From NCBI GenBank assembly GCA_963662595.1, contig OY759748.1, positions 2,835,186 through 2,899,185 of the forward strand: DNA of 64,000 nt. Reading direction: 5' to 3'. The translations under genes and the position numbers were made by a program. Position 1 is the stretch's first letter; the number at the start of each line of letters is the position of its first letter. The notes below the pieces were generated by a model. That model did no database searches and was not told the origin of the DNA. It worked only from the letters and a program-made list of their open reading frames with translations. Of the stretch, positions 9,947 to 20,814 are shown piece by piece. Source of the stretch: an uncultured Desulfobacter sp. (GTDB lineage: Bacteria; Desulfobacterota; Desulfobacteria; Desulfobacterales; Desulfobacteraceae).

Positions 9947-10013
9947 AATTTCTCCTTTATCTTTTTGTTAAATCTATCGTTGGAGTGGGTTGGGGGGATG
10001 TTCCGTCCACCCC

Positions 10014-10844
10014 TTAATTTTTTCCTGCCATGGACTGGGTGATTCTGTCTAACACGACGGCTACCAGAACAATGCTTAATCCGGCCATCACGGCAAGACC
10101 GATATCCAATGTGTTCAGTCCTTGAATGACAGGAGATCCAAGGCCGCCTGCACCGATCAAGGCTGCGATGACTACCATGGCAAGGGCCATCATAATGGTC
10201 TGGTTCAGCCCAGCCAGTATGGTCGGCATGGCCAGCGGAATCTGAACTTTGAACAACACCTGTTTGCGGGTGGCGCCAAATGCGGTGGCGGCTTCTATCA
10301 GTTCCGGATGCACACCCCGGATACCCAGACTTGTCAGGCGGATAATGGGGGGCATGGCAAAGATGATGGTGGCAAGAACGCCTGCCACATTGCCCACGGA
10401 AAAGAGCATGACAATGGGCACCAGGTACACAAAGGAGGGCGTGGTCTGCATGGCATCTAAAAAGGGTCTGACAAATGTTTCCACCCGGTCGCTGCGGCCG
10501 GCGGCGATACCGACCGGCACACCGACGATGGTGGAAAACAACACCGAAGCCAGTACCATGGCCAGGGTGGTCATGGTGTCTGACCAGAATCCGATCAGGC
10601 CGATAAAGACCATTGCGATAATACTGAAAACAGCCAACGCCCATCCTGAAAAGCGCCAGGCGCAAAACGCCAGAACTGCGATAACAATGATCGGCGGAAC
10701 CGCATTAAGGCCAATGTCAAAACCGGTGAGAATCTGTTCAACCGGCCATTTTATGATCTGAAATATGTCGCGGTAGTTATTGACCAGCCAGTCAACAAAG
10801 GCTGTGATCCAAATATCTATGGGGAGTACTTTTTCATCAAACAT
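10014..10844 (-). CDS. proW: Glycine betaine/proline ABC permease
   Basis: LDAMQTTPSFVYLVP and EAA loop; AGLNQTIMMAL. Confidence 0.95.
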   Translation of the reverse strand: MFDEKVLPIDIWITAFVDWLVNNYRDIFQIIKWPVEQILTGFDIGLNAVPPIIVIAVLAFCAWRFSGWALAVFSIIAMVFIGLIGFWSDTMTTLAMVLASVLFSTIVGVPVGIAAGRSDRVETFVRPFLDAMQTTPSFVYLVPIVMLFSVGNVAGVLATIIFAMPPIIRLTSLGIRGVHPELIEAATAFGATRKQVLFKVQIPLAMPTILAGLNQTIMMALAMVVIAALIGAGGLGSPVIQGLNTLDIGLAVMAGLSIVLVAVVLDRITQSMAGKN

Positions 10845-10858
10845 AATTTTTTTTCCTG

Positions 10859-12118
10859 CTAAAGAGCGGTTTGAAGGGATTGGGCGGGTTCTTCATAATC
10901 GTTTCCTGATCCGTTATGGCCGTTAATATCTGACTTGTGGAGGGTTTTGAGAAACCTGTTTTTTGACACCACGCCTTTGAACACATTGTTGTCATCAAGT
11001 ACCGGTACCGGAAAACTCTTGGAGGCCACTTCAGGAAGGATGTCCTGCATATTGTCATCCACGTTGACTGGATTGACTTCGGGCAGAAAACAGATTTCAA
11101 TGGACTCTTTAGACCGGCCCATTTCCACTGCCTCCTGGAGGGAGTCAATGGACACGATTCCCATAAACTGGCGTTTGGGATTCAGCACATATGCGTGGTT
11201 GTAATCCCTGGCATTTAAAAGCTCCAGAGTGCTTCGAATATCCCCTTTTTTGGTTTTGATGATTGTGGGGTAATTGGTATTGACAATGTCGCCGGCCGAA
11301 ATGACATTGGTGGGATCCACCCCCCTGAAAAAGGCACGGACATAATCGTCGGCCGGATTCTGGAGAATCTCCTCGGGTGTGCCCACCTGAACCACCCGTC
11401 CGCCCTCCATGATTGCAATGCGGTCGCCAATGCGAAGGGCCTCATCCAGGTCATGGGATATAAAAATAATGGTTCGGTCACTGTCTTCCTGGAGTTTGAG
11501 CAGTTCATCCTGCATCTCTGTACGGATCAACGGGTCCAGCGCGGAAAAAGCCTCATCCATCAGCATGATATCCGGATCCGCAGCCAAGGCCCTTGCCAGG
11601 CCGACGCGCTGTTGCATGCCGCCTGAAAGCTGCTTTGGGTACTGGTCCTCCCATCCTTCAAGACCCACCTGGCTCAATGCTTCTTTTGCCCGCTGGTTGC
11701 GTACGGATTTGGGTTCACCGGCCAGCTCAAGACCGAATGCGGCATTCTCCAGAACCGTGAGATGGGGCATCAGGGCAAAGGATTGAAACACCATGCTCAT
11801 GTGTTTTAGCCTGAATTTCACAAGATCCTTATTTTCCATGGCCGTAATGTTTCGGCCGTTAATATGGATTTCTCCGGCCGAAGGCTCAATCAGTCGGTTG
11901 AACATTCTGACCAGTGTGGATTTACCAGAGCCGGACAACCCCATGATCACAAATATTTCTCCGCGTTTGATCGTAAAATCCGCATTATTTACGCCAACGG
12001 TCATGCCGGTTTTTTCGAGCACGTCTTCTTTAGATAAGCCTTGATCAATTAGAGATATGGCCTTTTTGGGATCCGGGCCGAATATCTTGAATATGTTTTT
12101 GATGATGATTTGATCCAT
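10859..12118 (-). CDS. proV: Glycine betaine/proline ABC ATPase with CBS pair
   Basis: GLSGSGKST, LSGGMQQRVG, DEAFSALDPLIR, C-terminal CBS domains. Confidence 0.95.
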   Translation of the reverse strand: MDQIIIKNIFKIFGPDPKKAISLIDQGLSKEDVLEKTGMTVGVNNADFTIKRGEIFVIMGLSGSGKSTLVRMFNRLIEPSAGEIHINGRNITAMENKDLVKFRLKHMSMVFQSFALMPHLTVLENAAFGLELAGEPKSVRNQRAKEALSQVGLEGWEDQYPKQLSGGMQQRVGLARALAADPDIMLMDEAFSALDPLIRTEMQDELLKLQEDSDRTIIFISHDLDEALRIGDRIAIMEGGRVVQVGTPEEILQNPADDYVRAFFRGVDPTNVISAGDIVNTNYPTIIKTKKGDIRSTLELLNARDYNHAYVLNPKRQFMGIVSIDSLQEAVEMGRSKESIEICFLPEVNPVNVDDNMQDILPEVASKSFPVPVLDDNNVFKGVVSKNRFLKTLHKSDINGHNGSGNDYEEPAQSLQTAL

Positions 12119-12188
12119 AAATAGTTCTTCTTTCTGCGTTGACCAAAGTGGTCTTACGCTATATTTAAATGTATTTCTATTCGTGTTC

Positions 12189-12217
12189 TATATATTGTAT
12201 TCAATGTATTTTGTCAA
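12189..12217 (-). promoter_or_regulatory. Putative proVWX promoter with a palindromic operator in the spacer
   Basis: TTGACA-N17-TATATA on the minus strand. Near-palindrome TATATTGTATTCAATGTA (12191-12208) spans the spacer and -10. Confidence 0.5.
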
Positions 12218-12586
12218 ATGTGATGGCGTTATCTATATTATTAACTATTTAAGATAATAGATTTTTTTTAATATAAAAAATATTTTAACAAAGATTTAAT
12301 ATGAAGAGAACTTCGGTTGTAGGCCTGATGTTTTGAATTGTTTTATTTTAAACAATGAAGAAAATGTGTCAAAGTATTACACATCAATATTTCTACTATT
12401 TTGTGGGTTTAAATAGATTGGGTGTCTGTTTCGGTGCCATGGTTGCGTTTAAGTCTAGGACAATTCTTTTACATATAACGGCCATGGATCGGGTGTTTTG
12501 AACTCGACAGAATTTGTAAAATATGCTTGAATACTCTTTCTCGAAGGACGCTTGCTTCAAACTCCAATGATAATTTAAGGAGGCGT

Positions 12587-13027
12587 ATGGACAGTTCTGC
12601 AGCATGCTTATCAAAATCTATTATTTTTAAGGGCCTTGATGCCCAGGATATTGACGCCCTTGTTCCGCTGTTTTCAAGGTGGTCGGTTATGCCGGGTGAA
12701 GTGTTGGCCCGGGAAGGTCATGGTGCTCAGTTTTTCTTTCTTCTGGAAGAAGGATCTTTGCTTGTGGCCCTGGAAGAGGGCAGGGCGGCGGTGTTCAGCA
12801 GCCCTGGGGATTTTGCAGGCTTATCAATGGTGAGTCGCAATGGAATAAATGCGGCCACAATCACGGCGTTGGAAAAAGGGACGGTCTGGGTCGTACCCTG
12901 CGGGGAAATTCTTGATCTGACAGGTCAAGACACCCAGGCGGCAGCCTCAATTTTGGATGGCTGGCAGCAGTTCTGCAATGAAAAAGTCCCCTTTTGTTCA
13001 AATTCTACCGAAACAGGCGTTATTTAA
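12587..13027 (+). CDS. Stand-alone cyclic-nucleotide-binding (Crp-type) domain protein, degenerate
   Basis: IFKGL, PGEVLAREG, FFLLEEG, PGDFAG, AATITALE; no HTH. AGGAGG RBS before ATG 12587. Confidence 0.8.
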   Translation: MDSSAACLSKSIIFKGLDAQDIDALVPLFSRWSVMPGEVLAREGHGAQFFFLLEEGSLLVALEEGRAAVFSSPGDFAGLSMVSRNGINAATITALEKGTVWVVPCGEILDLTGQDTQAAASILDGWQQFCNEKVPFCSNSTETGVI

Positions 13028-13158
13028 AACTCAATAGCAGCCATGGGCTGACCTGGCCTTTTATCAATATTCAGGCTGACTCAATAACGAAATGTGAAAT
13101 AATTTTAGTTGTGTATTGTGGTGTTCATATTAAGGATTAATAAAAAAAGAGGTGTGTT

Positions 13159-13623
13159 TTGAATGGAGTTGACGCTGTCGGCGTTCTTTATGGGTTTGAG
13201 GCCATAACCGCCCACAACGGGTGGGCCATTTCAATGGTGGGTATCACAATTGTGTTCATAGGGCTGGTGACGCTGTCCGCCCTGATCTCCCAGCTTCATA
13301 AGCTGGTGGCCCTGTATGATGACCCGGCAAAAATAAAAAGAATTTTTGCGGTAAAGTCTGAATCTGCGAGCAAGGCGACCCCCCAAAAGACGGTCATGGT
13401 GCTTACTGACAGACAAAAAGAGGTATGCCGCCATTATAACCTTTTGGCACAAAACATGGGCGATGTGATCGCTTTGCCGAAGCTCTTGCGCATGGCTGAA
13501 CTCTCCGGCCTTAACGATCCCCATGCCAATATCTCCCTTCTAATTAAATCGGGCATTTTGTGTGCGGATGAACAGGGGTATTTTACATGGGATGAGGATC
13601 TATTCATCCGTACCACTTCTTAG
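13159..13623 (+). CDS. oadG: OadG family Na+-decarboxylase gamma subunit with C-terminal extension
   Basis: Single N-terminal TM GITIVFIGLVTL; lies directly upstream of oadB. Confidence 0.75.
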   Translation: MNGVDAVGVLYGFEAITAHNGWAISMVGITIVFIGLVTLSALISQLHKLVALYDDPAKIKRIFAVKSESASKATPQKTVMVLTDRQKEVCRHYNLLAQNMGDVIALPKLLRMAELSGLNDPHANISLLIKSGILCADEQGYFTWDEDLFIRTTS

Positions 13624-13687
13624 AGTTCATTAAGACGGACTATAAATTTTTTGATGACCATGGGAAATTGAAAGAAACAACAAATCA

Positions 13688-14815
13688 ATGGAAACTTTAT
13701 TTTTAGACTTTTTTCAGAACACCGGGTTTTATCTGTGCGATTACCGAAACATTATCATGATCATTGTTGGCGTGATCTTTATATTTCTAGGCATTGCAAA
13801 GGATTACGAACCTCTATTACTGGTTCCCATCGGATTCGGCATGCTTGTGGGGAATATTCCTATTTTCAAGGGGCTGGGTCTTGGTATTTATGAAAATAAT
13901 TCTGTTCTGCACTACCTGTATTTCGGGGTGACCCAGGGCATTTACCCGCCTTTGATCTTCCTTGGTATCGGTGCCATGACGGACTTTTCAACGCTTCTGG
14001 CAAGACCTGTGCTCATGCTTTTGGGTGCTGCGGCCCAGGCGGGCGTTTTCCTTACGTTTCTGGGGGCATTGGCTTTGGGTTTTATGCCCAAGGAAGCTGC
14101 CGCCATCGGTATTATCGGCGGGGCAGACGGTCCCACGGCCATTTTTCTGACTGCCAAGCTGGCCCCGGAACTTATTGGACCCATAGCCGTAGCGGCCTAC
14201 AGTTACATGGCCCTTGTACCGGTTATCCAACCTCCGATTATGAAGCTTTTAACCACACGCCAGGAACGGCTCACCCGCATGGAAGATCCACGCCAGGTCA
14301 CCAAGCGCGAAAAAATAATCTTCCCGGTTCTCGCCTTTCTGCTTTGCTGTTTTTTGGCACCTGCTGCACTGCCGCTTTTGGGCATGCTGTGTTTTGGCAA
14401 TCTTATTAAAGAGGCTGTGGTCACCGAGCGTCTGGCTGCTACGGCGCGCACGGCATTGATTGATATCTGTACTATTCTTTTGGGCATTACCGTGGGGGCA
14501 TCCACCCAGGGAGACGTCTTTTTGACCCAGAGCTCCGTGAAAATTTTTGTGTTGGGTGCACTCTCTTTTGCCATTGCAACGGCTTGCGGAGTATTATTTG
14601 CCAAGTTCATGAATCTGTTTTTGAAAAAGAAGATCAATCCCCTGCTCGGAGCCGCCGGTGTTTCTGCGGTCCCCGACTCCGCCCGGGTGGTGCATATTGT
14701 AGGCCAGCGGGAAGATCCGACAAATTTTCTTCTCATGCATGCCATGGCCCCTAATGTTTCCGGCGTTATCGGTTCAGCCATTGCCGCAGGTGTTCTCTGG
14801 AGCCTGATGGTTTAG
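13688..14815 (+). CDS. oadB: Na+-translocating decarboxylase beta subunit
   Basis: [48 protein letters not shown]. Confidence 0.96.
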   Translation: METLFLDFFQNTGFYLCDYRNIIMIIVGVIFIFLGIAKDYEPLLLVPIGFGMLVGNIPIFKGLGLGIYENNSVLHYLYFGVTQGIYPPLIFLGIGAMTDFSTLLARPVLMLLGAAAQAGVFLTFLGALALGFMPKEAAAIGIIGGADGPTAIFLTAKLAPELIGPIAVAAYSYMALVPVIQPPIMKLLTTRQERLTRMEDPRQVTKREKIIFPVLAFLLCCFLAPAALPLLGMLCFGNLIKEAVVTERLAATARTALIDICTILLGITVGASTQGDVFLTQSSVKIFVLGALSFAIATACGVLFAKFMNLFLKKKINPLLGAAGVSAVPDSARVVHIVGQREDPTNFLLMHAMAPNVSGVIGSAIAAGVLWSLMV

Positions 14816-14957
14816 TGCCCGACCGAAAACAGTAAATTTTGTCGATTACGGCGTTGGTCTGAAATTTTAATCCTCGAAATACGTCTTGTATTCCTCCGGT
14901 TAAAATTTCAGACCGCCTTGTACTCAACAAAATTTCCAGGTTTTCGCTCAGACACGA
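14813..14957. repeat. ERIC-like palindromic intergenic repeat, copy 2
   Basis: Starts at the oadB TAG. Imperfect IR GTGCCCGACCGAAAAC...GTTTTCGCTCAGACAC; same core motifs; closest to copy 4. Confidence 0.85.
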
Positions 14958-15031
14958 TTTAACCCGAATCGTTTAGGCTGACCTCTTTTGGGGTGTGTTA
15001 TAGCCGACAGATGTAGTGCTTCAGGAAAAGC

Positions 15032-15806
15032 ATGGGTATGGAAAATTTAAGTTTGATATATTACTGGCAAATGCCCCTGTTGTTTGTTGTGGGGATTGTG
15101 GCTGGCATACTGAATGTTCTGGCAGGGGGCGGGTCGTTGTTGACCCTGCCCCTGCTTATTTTTATGGGGCTTGGCAGTACCGTTGCCAACGGCACCAATC
15201 GCATTGCGATTTTATTCCAGGATCTTTTTGCAGTTATCGGGTTTAAAAAGCGCGGGGTTCTCCCGGTTGATCTGGCACTGCTGTGCACCCCGCCTGCGCT
15301 CATCGGCAGTTGGTTCGGGGCAAGTCTTGCCGTCAGCATGGACGATGTCGTCTTCAACCGGATTCTTGCCGGTATCATGATCGGTGTTTTGATTTTTACC
15401 GCTGTGGATCCCATGAAACGCATCCGGCAACAGGATATCGCTTTTAGCACAGCGCGCAAAATTGTACTGGCGGTCTCATTTTTTTTTTGTGGGAATGTAC
15501 GGCGGGTTTGTCCAGGCCGGTGTGGGGTTTATCATCATTGCCGTATTGCTGGCCCATGGCATGGATCTGGTGCGCATCAATGCGGTCAAAGTCTTTGTGA
15601 TTTTTGTGTATACGGGCGTTGCTCTATCTGTGTTTATCTATCACGGTGAAGTGAACTTTGCTTTAGGTTTAAGCCTTGCTGCTGGCAATGCCATCGGCGG
15701 GGCACTCGGGCCAAAGCTTGCTGTTGCCAAAGGCCATGACTGGATTAAAAAGCTGGTTAATATCATGGTCTTGGCCTTTGCTCTCAAGCTTTTGTTTTTT
15801 TCCTGA
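15032..15806 (+). pseudogene. TSUP (TauE/SafE) transporter split by a +1 frameshift in a T10 run
   Basis: N half has AGGGSLLTLP/ANGTNR; C half, in another frame, has GMYGGFVQAGVG. Removing one T at 15479-15488 restores ...SFFFVGMYGG... Confidence 0.85.
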
Positions 15807-16098
15807 ATGCAACGGACCTGCCGTTTTATTCACCATCTCGCGGATTTTAACGGCGATATTTTGTTAGAAAATGTTTTGATATAAAGTTGACGGATCATCA
15901 TAGGTCCCAAAATGAGTGATGCCATCGGCGGGGTATCTGGACATACAATATTCATAGATCAACATTCCTTTCTGGACGCACTGGATGCAGGTCCCGCTAA
16001 CGGTTATCGATGGGCTTGGTTTCTTGGTATTCAGCAGGTTCAACCTAAATTCATGGGAGAACCCAATGGCTCAATTGAGTTCTCTCATGAAAGAGGCG

Positions 16099-17484
16099 TT
16101 ATTGATATGCCACCGAAGGCAGCCACAGGATGATTTGAGGCCAGATCACAATGAGGGCCAGGCCGATGAGCTGGAGGATGATAAAGGGAATAACGCCCTT
16201 GTATAGATGCTTCAGCTTCACCTCGGGTGGACAGACCCCCCGCAGATAAAAGATGGCAAATCCCACCGGTGGCGTAAGAAACGAGGTTTGCAGCACCACG
16301 GCCACCAGGATGGCAAACCAGATCAGGGTGGGGTTGTCGATGTTGGGCCAGACGCCAAGATCTATGCCCAGGGACGGTACGACCGGTGCCAGCAGGGGCA
16401 GAATGATCAGGGTGATTTCTATCCAGTCCAGGAAAAATCCCAGGAAAAATACAATTCCAAGGATAAAGGCCACAATGCCGTAAGGCCCGAAGGGCAGGCT
16501 CGTCAAGGTCTCTTCCACCAGGGCGTCACCGCCCAGTTCCCGCAATACCAGGGCAAAACAGGTGGCCCCGATGACAATGGCAAAAATATAGGCTGTGATG
16601 CTGAAGGTCTGGTGGACCACTTCTTTCAACACCTTGAAATTGAACCGGCCGTTGACGATCGTGAGGATCAGTCCGCCCAAAGCCCCGATGCCGCTGGCTT
16701 CGGTGGGCGTTGCCATGCCGAATGATATGGTACCCAGAACGGCAAATACCAGGATCATTGGCGGTATACAGGTTTTCAGGGCGGACCCTACAAGTTTCCA
16801 GGTCAGGTCCGGCTGGTTGGGCACCAGGGGTGCTTTTTGGGGGGAAAGCCAGGCCAAAACAAGAATGTAAACCATATAGAGGGCTGCCAGTAAAAGGCCG
16901 GGGAACAGCGCACCCATGAACAGATCCCCCACGGGAACTCCCAGTCTGTCCGCCATCATGACCAGCATAATGGAGGGCGGGATGAGGATACCCAGGGTGC
17001 CGGCCCCGCAGATGGTCCCGCAGGCCAGGGGTTTGGAATATCCCTGGTTGAGCATCACCGGCATGGATAGAAGTCCCAACAGAACCACCGAGGCCCCGAT
17101 GATGCCGGTGCTGGCCGCAAGGATGATGCCGATGAGCGTTACCGTGATGGCAAGCCCGCCCCGGACCCTGCCAAACAAAAGCTGGATATTTTGCATCATA
17201 TGTTCGGCAATGCCGGAGCGGTCCAGCATCAGGCCCATGAATATAAACATGGGCAGGGCCACCATGATCCAGTTGTCCATGATGGCAAATATCCGGTTGA
17301 CTTCCATGCCGATGGCCATGAAATCCAGACCGGTCATGGTGTCAAAGTAAAGGTCGGAAACATAGCCTATGCCGGCAAAAAGGACCGATACGCCGCCCAG
17401 AATCAGTGCGATGGGAAAACCTGTGAACAACAGCCCGATAAAGGAGGCCATCATGGCGATGACCAGGATGTCTTCATGGGTCAT
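16099..17484 (-). CDS. dctM: TRAP transporter large permease
   Basis: ALPMFIFMG, GTLGILIPPSI, QTSFLTPPVG. Confidence 0.95.
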   Translation of the reverse strand: MTHEDILVIAMMASFIGLLFTGFPIALILGGVSVLFAGIGYVSDLYFDTMTGLDFMAIGMEVNRIFAIMDNWIMVALPMFIFMGLMLDRSGIAEHMMQNIQLLFGRVRGGLAITVTLIGIILAASTGIIGASVVLLGLLSMPVMLNQGYSKPLACGTICGAGTLGILIPPSIMLVMMADRLGVPVGDLFMGALFPGLLLAALYMVYILVLAWLSPQKAPLVPNQPDLTWKLVGSALKTCIPPMILVFAVLGTISFGMATPTEASGIGALGGLILTIVNGRFNFKVLKEVVHQTFSITAYIFAIVIGATCFALVLRELGGDALVEETLTSLPFGPYGIVAFILGIVFFLGFFLDWIEITLIILPLLAPVVPSLGIDLGVWPNIDNPTLIWFAILVAVVLQTSFLTPPVGFAIFYLRGVCPPEVKLKHLYKGVIPFIILQLIGLALIVIWPQIILWLPSVAYQ

Positions 17485-17990
17485 GGGGCCACCTCTTTAC
17501 CGGCAATTATCAGAATCTGTTTTAAAAGACGGGCCAGGGCGGAAAGCGTCAGCAGGCCGAAGCTTATGGGAATCACGGATTTGATAATGTAATAACAGCT
17601 AAGTCCGGTTGGCGAGGCCGAAGCTTCCCTGACCCGCCACGAGGCCTCCACAAAATCAAAGCCGTGGTAGAGGATCACGTAACACCAGGGCAGCACAAGC
17701 ACAATCAATCCGATGATATCAATCCATGCCCGGGTTTTCTTGCGAAATCTGCCGTGGAGCAGATCGAGGCGCACATGGGTATTGTCGGTCAGGGCATAGG
17801 AGAGTCCGACCATAATACCAACGGCATATAGATGCCACTGCAGTTCTTCAAGCTTCACGGAGCTGAATGAGAACAGGTAGCGCATCACCACCTGGACCAG
17901 GATAACCAGGATCAGCAGGACATTGAGCCAGGAGACGGCCTTGCCGATGCGGATAATGGTCTTTTCAATAATATTAACAAATGTATTCAC
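17481..17990 (-). CDS. dctQ: TRAP transporter small permease
   Basis: 4 TM segments; ELQWHLY and HVRLD motifs. Confidence 0.92.
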   Translation of the reverse strand: MNTFVNIIEKTIIRIGKAVSWLNVLLILVILVQVVMRYLFSFSSVKLEELQWHLYAVGIMVGLSYALTDNTHVRLDLLHGRFRKKTRAWIDIIGLIVLVLPWCYVILYHGFDFVEASWRVREASASPTGLSCYYIIKSVIPISFGLLTLSALARLLKQILIIAGKEVAP

Positions 17991-17996
17991 AATAAA

Positions 17997-19061
17997 TTAC
18001 CGGGGCAAAAATCCCACATCGGCCCATTTTTTATATTCGGCCCTGAATTGTTCCAGATCTTCCCAGGTTTTTTTGAACATGGCATCTTTGGCAATCTCTT
18101 CGGCAACCACCTCTTTCCAGGCGCCTTTAAAGGCTGCCAGCATCTCATCGGACCAGTACAGGTTCTTAACCCCATGCTTTTCCGCGTTTTCTTTGATAAC
18201 TTTACCCTGCATACCGTTGCTCAGGGCCAAAGATTTCAGGGTGGCCGCCATGCAGGCCGTTTCGATCAGGGTCTGCTGGGATTCATCCATGGCATTCCAG
18301 GTCTCCTTGTTGATCAACAGTTCCTGGACGGTTGAGGGCTGGTGCCAGCCGGGGTAGTAGTTGTATTTGGCCACTTTATAAAAGCCCAGGGGCGCATCGC
18401 ACACGGGCATGGAAAATTCCGTGGCATCAATAAGCCCTTTTTCCAGGGCCTGGAAAATTTCGCCTGCGGGAAGCATGGTGACGGAGACACCCAGCTTGGC
18501 CAAGACCTTACCGCCAAGGCCGGAGATCCGCATCTTGATCCCTTTGAGATCTTCAACTTTTTCAATGGGTTTTGTGAACCAGCCCGAGGTCTCGGCGCTG
18601 ATGATACCGGCCGGCAGGACTTTTACGTTATATCCGTAATGGTCATACATCTCCTGGTAGAGCTTTAAGCCGTTGCCGTAATAATACCAGGCAATATACT
18701 CTTCCGGGTCTGGTCCAAAGGGAAAGGTACTGAACAGGACGCTGGCCGGATTCTTGCCTGCATAGTAAAATGCGGCTGTATATCCGGCATTGGTTTTTCC
18801 TGAACTGACCGCATCAAGGACCTCAAGGGGCGGTACCAGCTTTCCGGGGTCGTAGAGTTTGACTTTAAGTGTGCCGTTTGAGGATTTGTTGATGGTGTCG
18901 GCAATGGTACCCACAATATCATGACCCAGAATAGGTACACTAAACGGTACCGAGCAGGGCACTTTCAGTAGAATATTTTTAGCAAACACCTGGGTGGTGA
19001 ATCCCAGGGCCAGGCAAGATGTCAATGATATGACTGCAAAAAAACGAATGATTTTATTCAA
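17997..19061 (-). CDS. dctP: TRAP substrate-binding protein (TakP/keto-acid-type)
   Basis: Signal peptide; GWFTKPI, KMRISGLG, YYPGWHQP. Confidence 0.92.
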   Translation of the reverse strand: MNKIIRFFAVISLTSCLALGFTTQVFAKNILLKVPCSVPFSVPILGHDIVGTIADTINKSSNGTLKVKLYDPGKLVPPLEVLDAVSSGKTNAGYTAAFYYAGKNPASVLFSTFPFGPDPEEYIAWYYYGNGLKLYQEMYDHYGYNVKVLPAGIISAETSGWFTKPIEKVEDLKGIKMRISGLGGKVLAKLGVSVTMLPAGEIFQALEKGLIDATEFSMPVCDAPLGFYKVAKYNYYPGWHQPSTVQELLINKETWNAMDESQQTLIETACMAATLKSLALSNGMQGKVIKENAEKHGVKNLYWSDEMLAAFKGAWKEVVAEEIAKDAMFKKTWEDLEQFRAEYKKWADVGFLPR

Positions 19062-19246
19062 GTTTCTTTCCCTCCCTTTTTGTATGACAATTTCCTATAG
19101 TTTTCTTCATGGCTGATACTATTCACAAATCCGTAACTATAAACTGACATGACCATTCATGCAATAATTTTCATTTTTTGTATTATCGGATAAGGTGGCC
19201 TGTAATGGTGAAAACGTGAATGTTTAACATCGTTTTAGGAAATAAA

Positions 19247-19960
19247 TCAATGGGGCTGCCCGGGGTTGGGATGGGTATGGATATAGCTGTGAATATGGGC
19301 ATCTTTTGTCAACTGACCGTTTTGCATCATGAACATGGTGTCGGTAATCTGTGACATAAACTCACCTTCATGGGAGATCAGGATGTAGGAGAGATCAAGG
19401 CGGTTCAATACCTCAACCAGAACAGCTTTTGTCTGTTCATCAAGGCCGGTGCTGGGTTCGTCTAAAAGCAAAAGTTCCGGCTCCATGGAAAGCACCGTGG
19501 CCAGAGCCACCAGCCGCTTTTCCCCACCGGACAGTTTGTGGGTTACCCGATTTTCAAAGTGGGCGATGCCCAACCGTTCCAGGGTGTATTGGGCAATGGT
19601 TTTGGCCTCGGCTTTTGATTTGCCCAGATTAAGCGGCCCAAAGGCCACATCCTCCAGCACCGTCGGGCTGAACAGCTGGTCATCGGCATCCTGGAACATC
19701 AGGCCCACTTTTTTGTAAACCTCACGGAAATCTTTTTCGGTTTTTACGGGTTTCCCGAAAAACTCAATGGTGCCCGAAGAGGGTGAAAGCAACCCCATGA
19801 TAATATGAAACAAAGTGGTTTTTCCGCTGCCGTTTGGGCCCACTAATCCGATGCGGTCCCCGGGGTTGATCTCAAGGCTTAGATGGTCTAACACCCGGCC
19901 CTGACCCGGGTAGCTGAAACAGATGTTTTTAAGGCGCAGGATGGGTTGGGATGTGGTCAT
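19247..19960 (-). CDS. cbiO: Ni/Co ECF transporter ATPase
   Basis: GPNGSGKTT, FQDADDQLF, LSGGEKR, His-rich tail; ATGA overlap with cbiQ. Confidence 0.92.
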   Translation of the reverse strand: MTTSQPILRLKNICFSYPGQGRVLDHLSLEINPGDRIGLVGPNGSGKTTLFHIIMGLLSPSSGTIEFFGKPVKTEKDFREVYKKVGLMFQDADDQLFSPTVLEDVAFGPLNLGKSKAEAKTIAQYTLERLGIAHFENRVTHKLSGGEKRLVALATVLSMEPELLLLDEPSTGLDEQTKAVLVEVLNRLDLSYILISHEGEFMSQITDTMFMMQNGQLTKDAHIHSYIHTHPNPGQPH

Positions 19961-20709
19961 AAATTGATCTCCATATAAATCAGGCCGGCGGTGGCACAAA
20001 AAACCGCTAACGTCCATATTTTGTCTGCAGGGGAAAGGGCAAATTCATGCAGACAGGAAAATCGGCCTGCAAATCCCCGGCATTTCATTGCATTGTAAAC
20101 CCTTTGGGCCCTGGCCGATGCCCGGACAAACAGCATGCCGCAAAGATAGGCATAGGTCTGGTAGGTGTGCATATTGGTCCCGGGACGAAAACTGCGCAGT
20201 TTTGCGGCCCGGACCAGGCGCCGGTACTCCTGCTCAATAACAAAAATATACCGGTAGGTCAGCAGGAGCAAATGCACAAGTTTTCGGGGGATCTTAAAAA
20301 AATTCAAAACATAGCCCAGGGTGCTGAAATTCATGGTGGTGATCAGGGCGATGAACACCAGCAGGATGGCATTGGATTTGATGCTGATTGCCGTGCACAG
20401 GTCAATGCCCTGTCGGGTGGCACCCAGTTTCCCCATGCGCCAGACCACGTCTCCCTCATAGGTAAAGGGTAAAACAGCCCACAAAAAAAGCAGGAATCCC
20501 CAGATGACAAGCAGACGCCTGAATACCAGGATAAGGTTTAAACGTGCCCATAGTACCAGGATCATAGAAAGCCCGAGTCCTGTCCACAGCATGGAAATTG
20601 TATGACCCAGGGCAATGACAAAACATAGCATAGCGGCTGAAACCACCCTGCATCTGGGATCTGTTCTGTGAATAAATGAATGGCCGGAGGAAAATATCTC
20701 TTCAATCAT
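19957..20709 (-). CDS. cbiQ: Ni/Co ECF transporter T component
   Basis: HRTDPR, YRYIFV, AAKLRSF and AMKCRGF motifs. Start could be 20769. Confidence 0.9.
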   Translation of the reverse strand: MIEEIFSSGHSFIHRTDPRCRVVSAAMLCFVIALGHTISMLWTGLGLSMILVLWARLNLILVFRRLLVIWGFLLFLWAVLPFTYEGDVVWRMGKLGATRQGIDLCTAISIKSNAILLVFIALITTMNFSTLGYVLNFFKIPRKLVHLLLLTYRYIFVIEQEYRRLVRAAKLRSFRPGTNMHTYQTYAYLCGMLFVRASARAQRVYNAMKCRGFAGRFSCLHEFALSPADKIWTLAVFCATAGLIYMEINL

Positions 20710-20814
20710 GGGGTGTTCTTTTACAGGAAAGTCTGGATAAGATGCGTAGGATTTTTCAACCTTTATCATGGGCTGAACCTATCCGCTGTGCGTCAGGTCA
20801 GCCCATGGGTGTTG

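Noticed and set aside
15912-16206. Short ORFs between the TSUP gene and dctM
   Set aside because: No RBS or recognisable motif in the frames I translated; at most a decayed remnant.
20767-20807. Hairpin CATGGGCTGA...TCAGCCCATG sharing about 15 nt with 13041-13055
   Set aside because: Only two short matches, too few to call a repeat family; probably an intra-operon stabilising stem.
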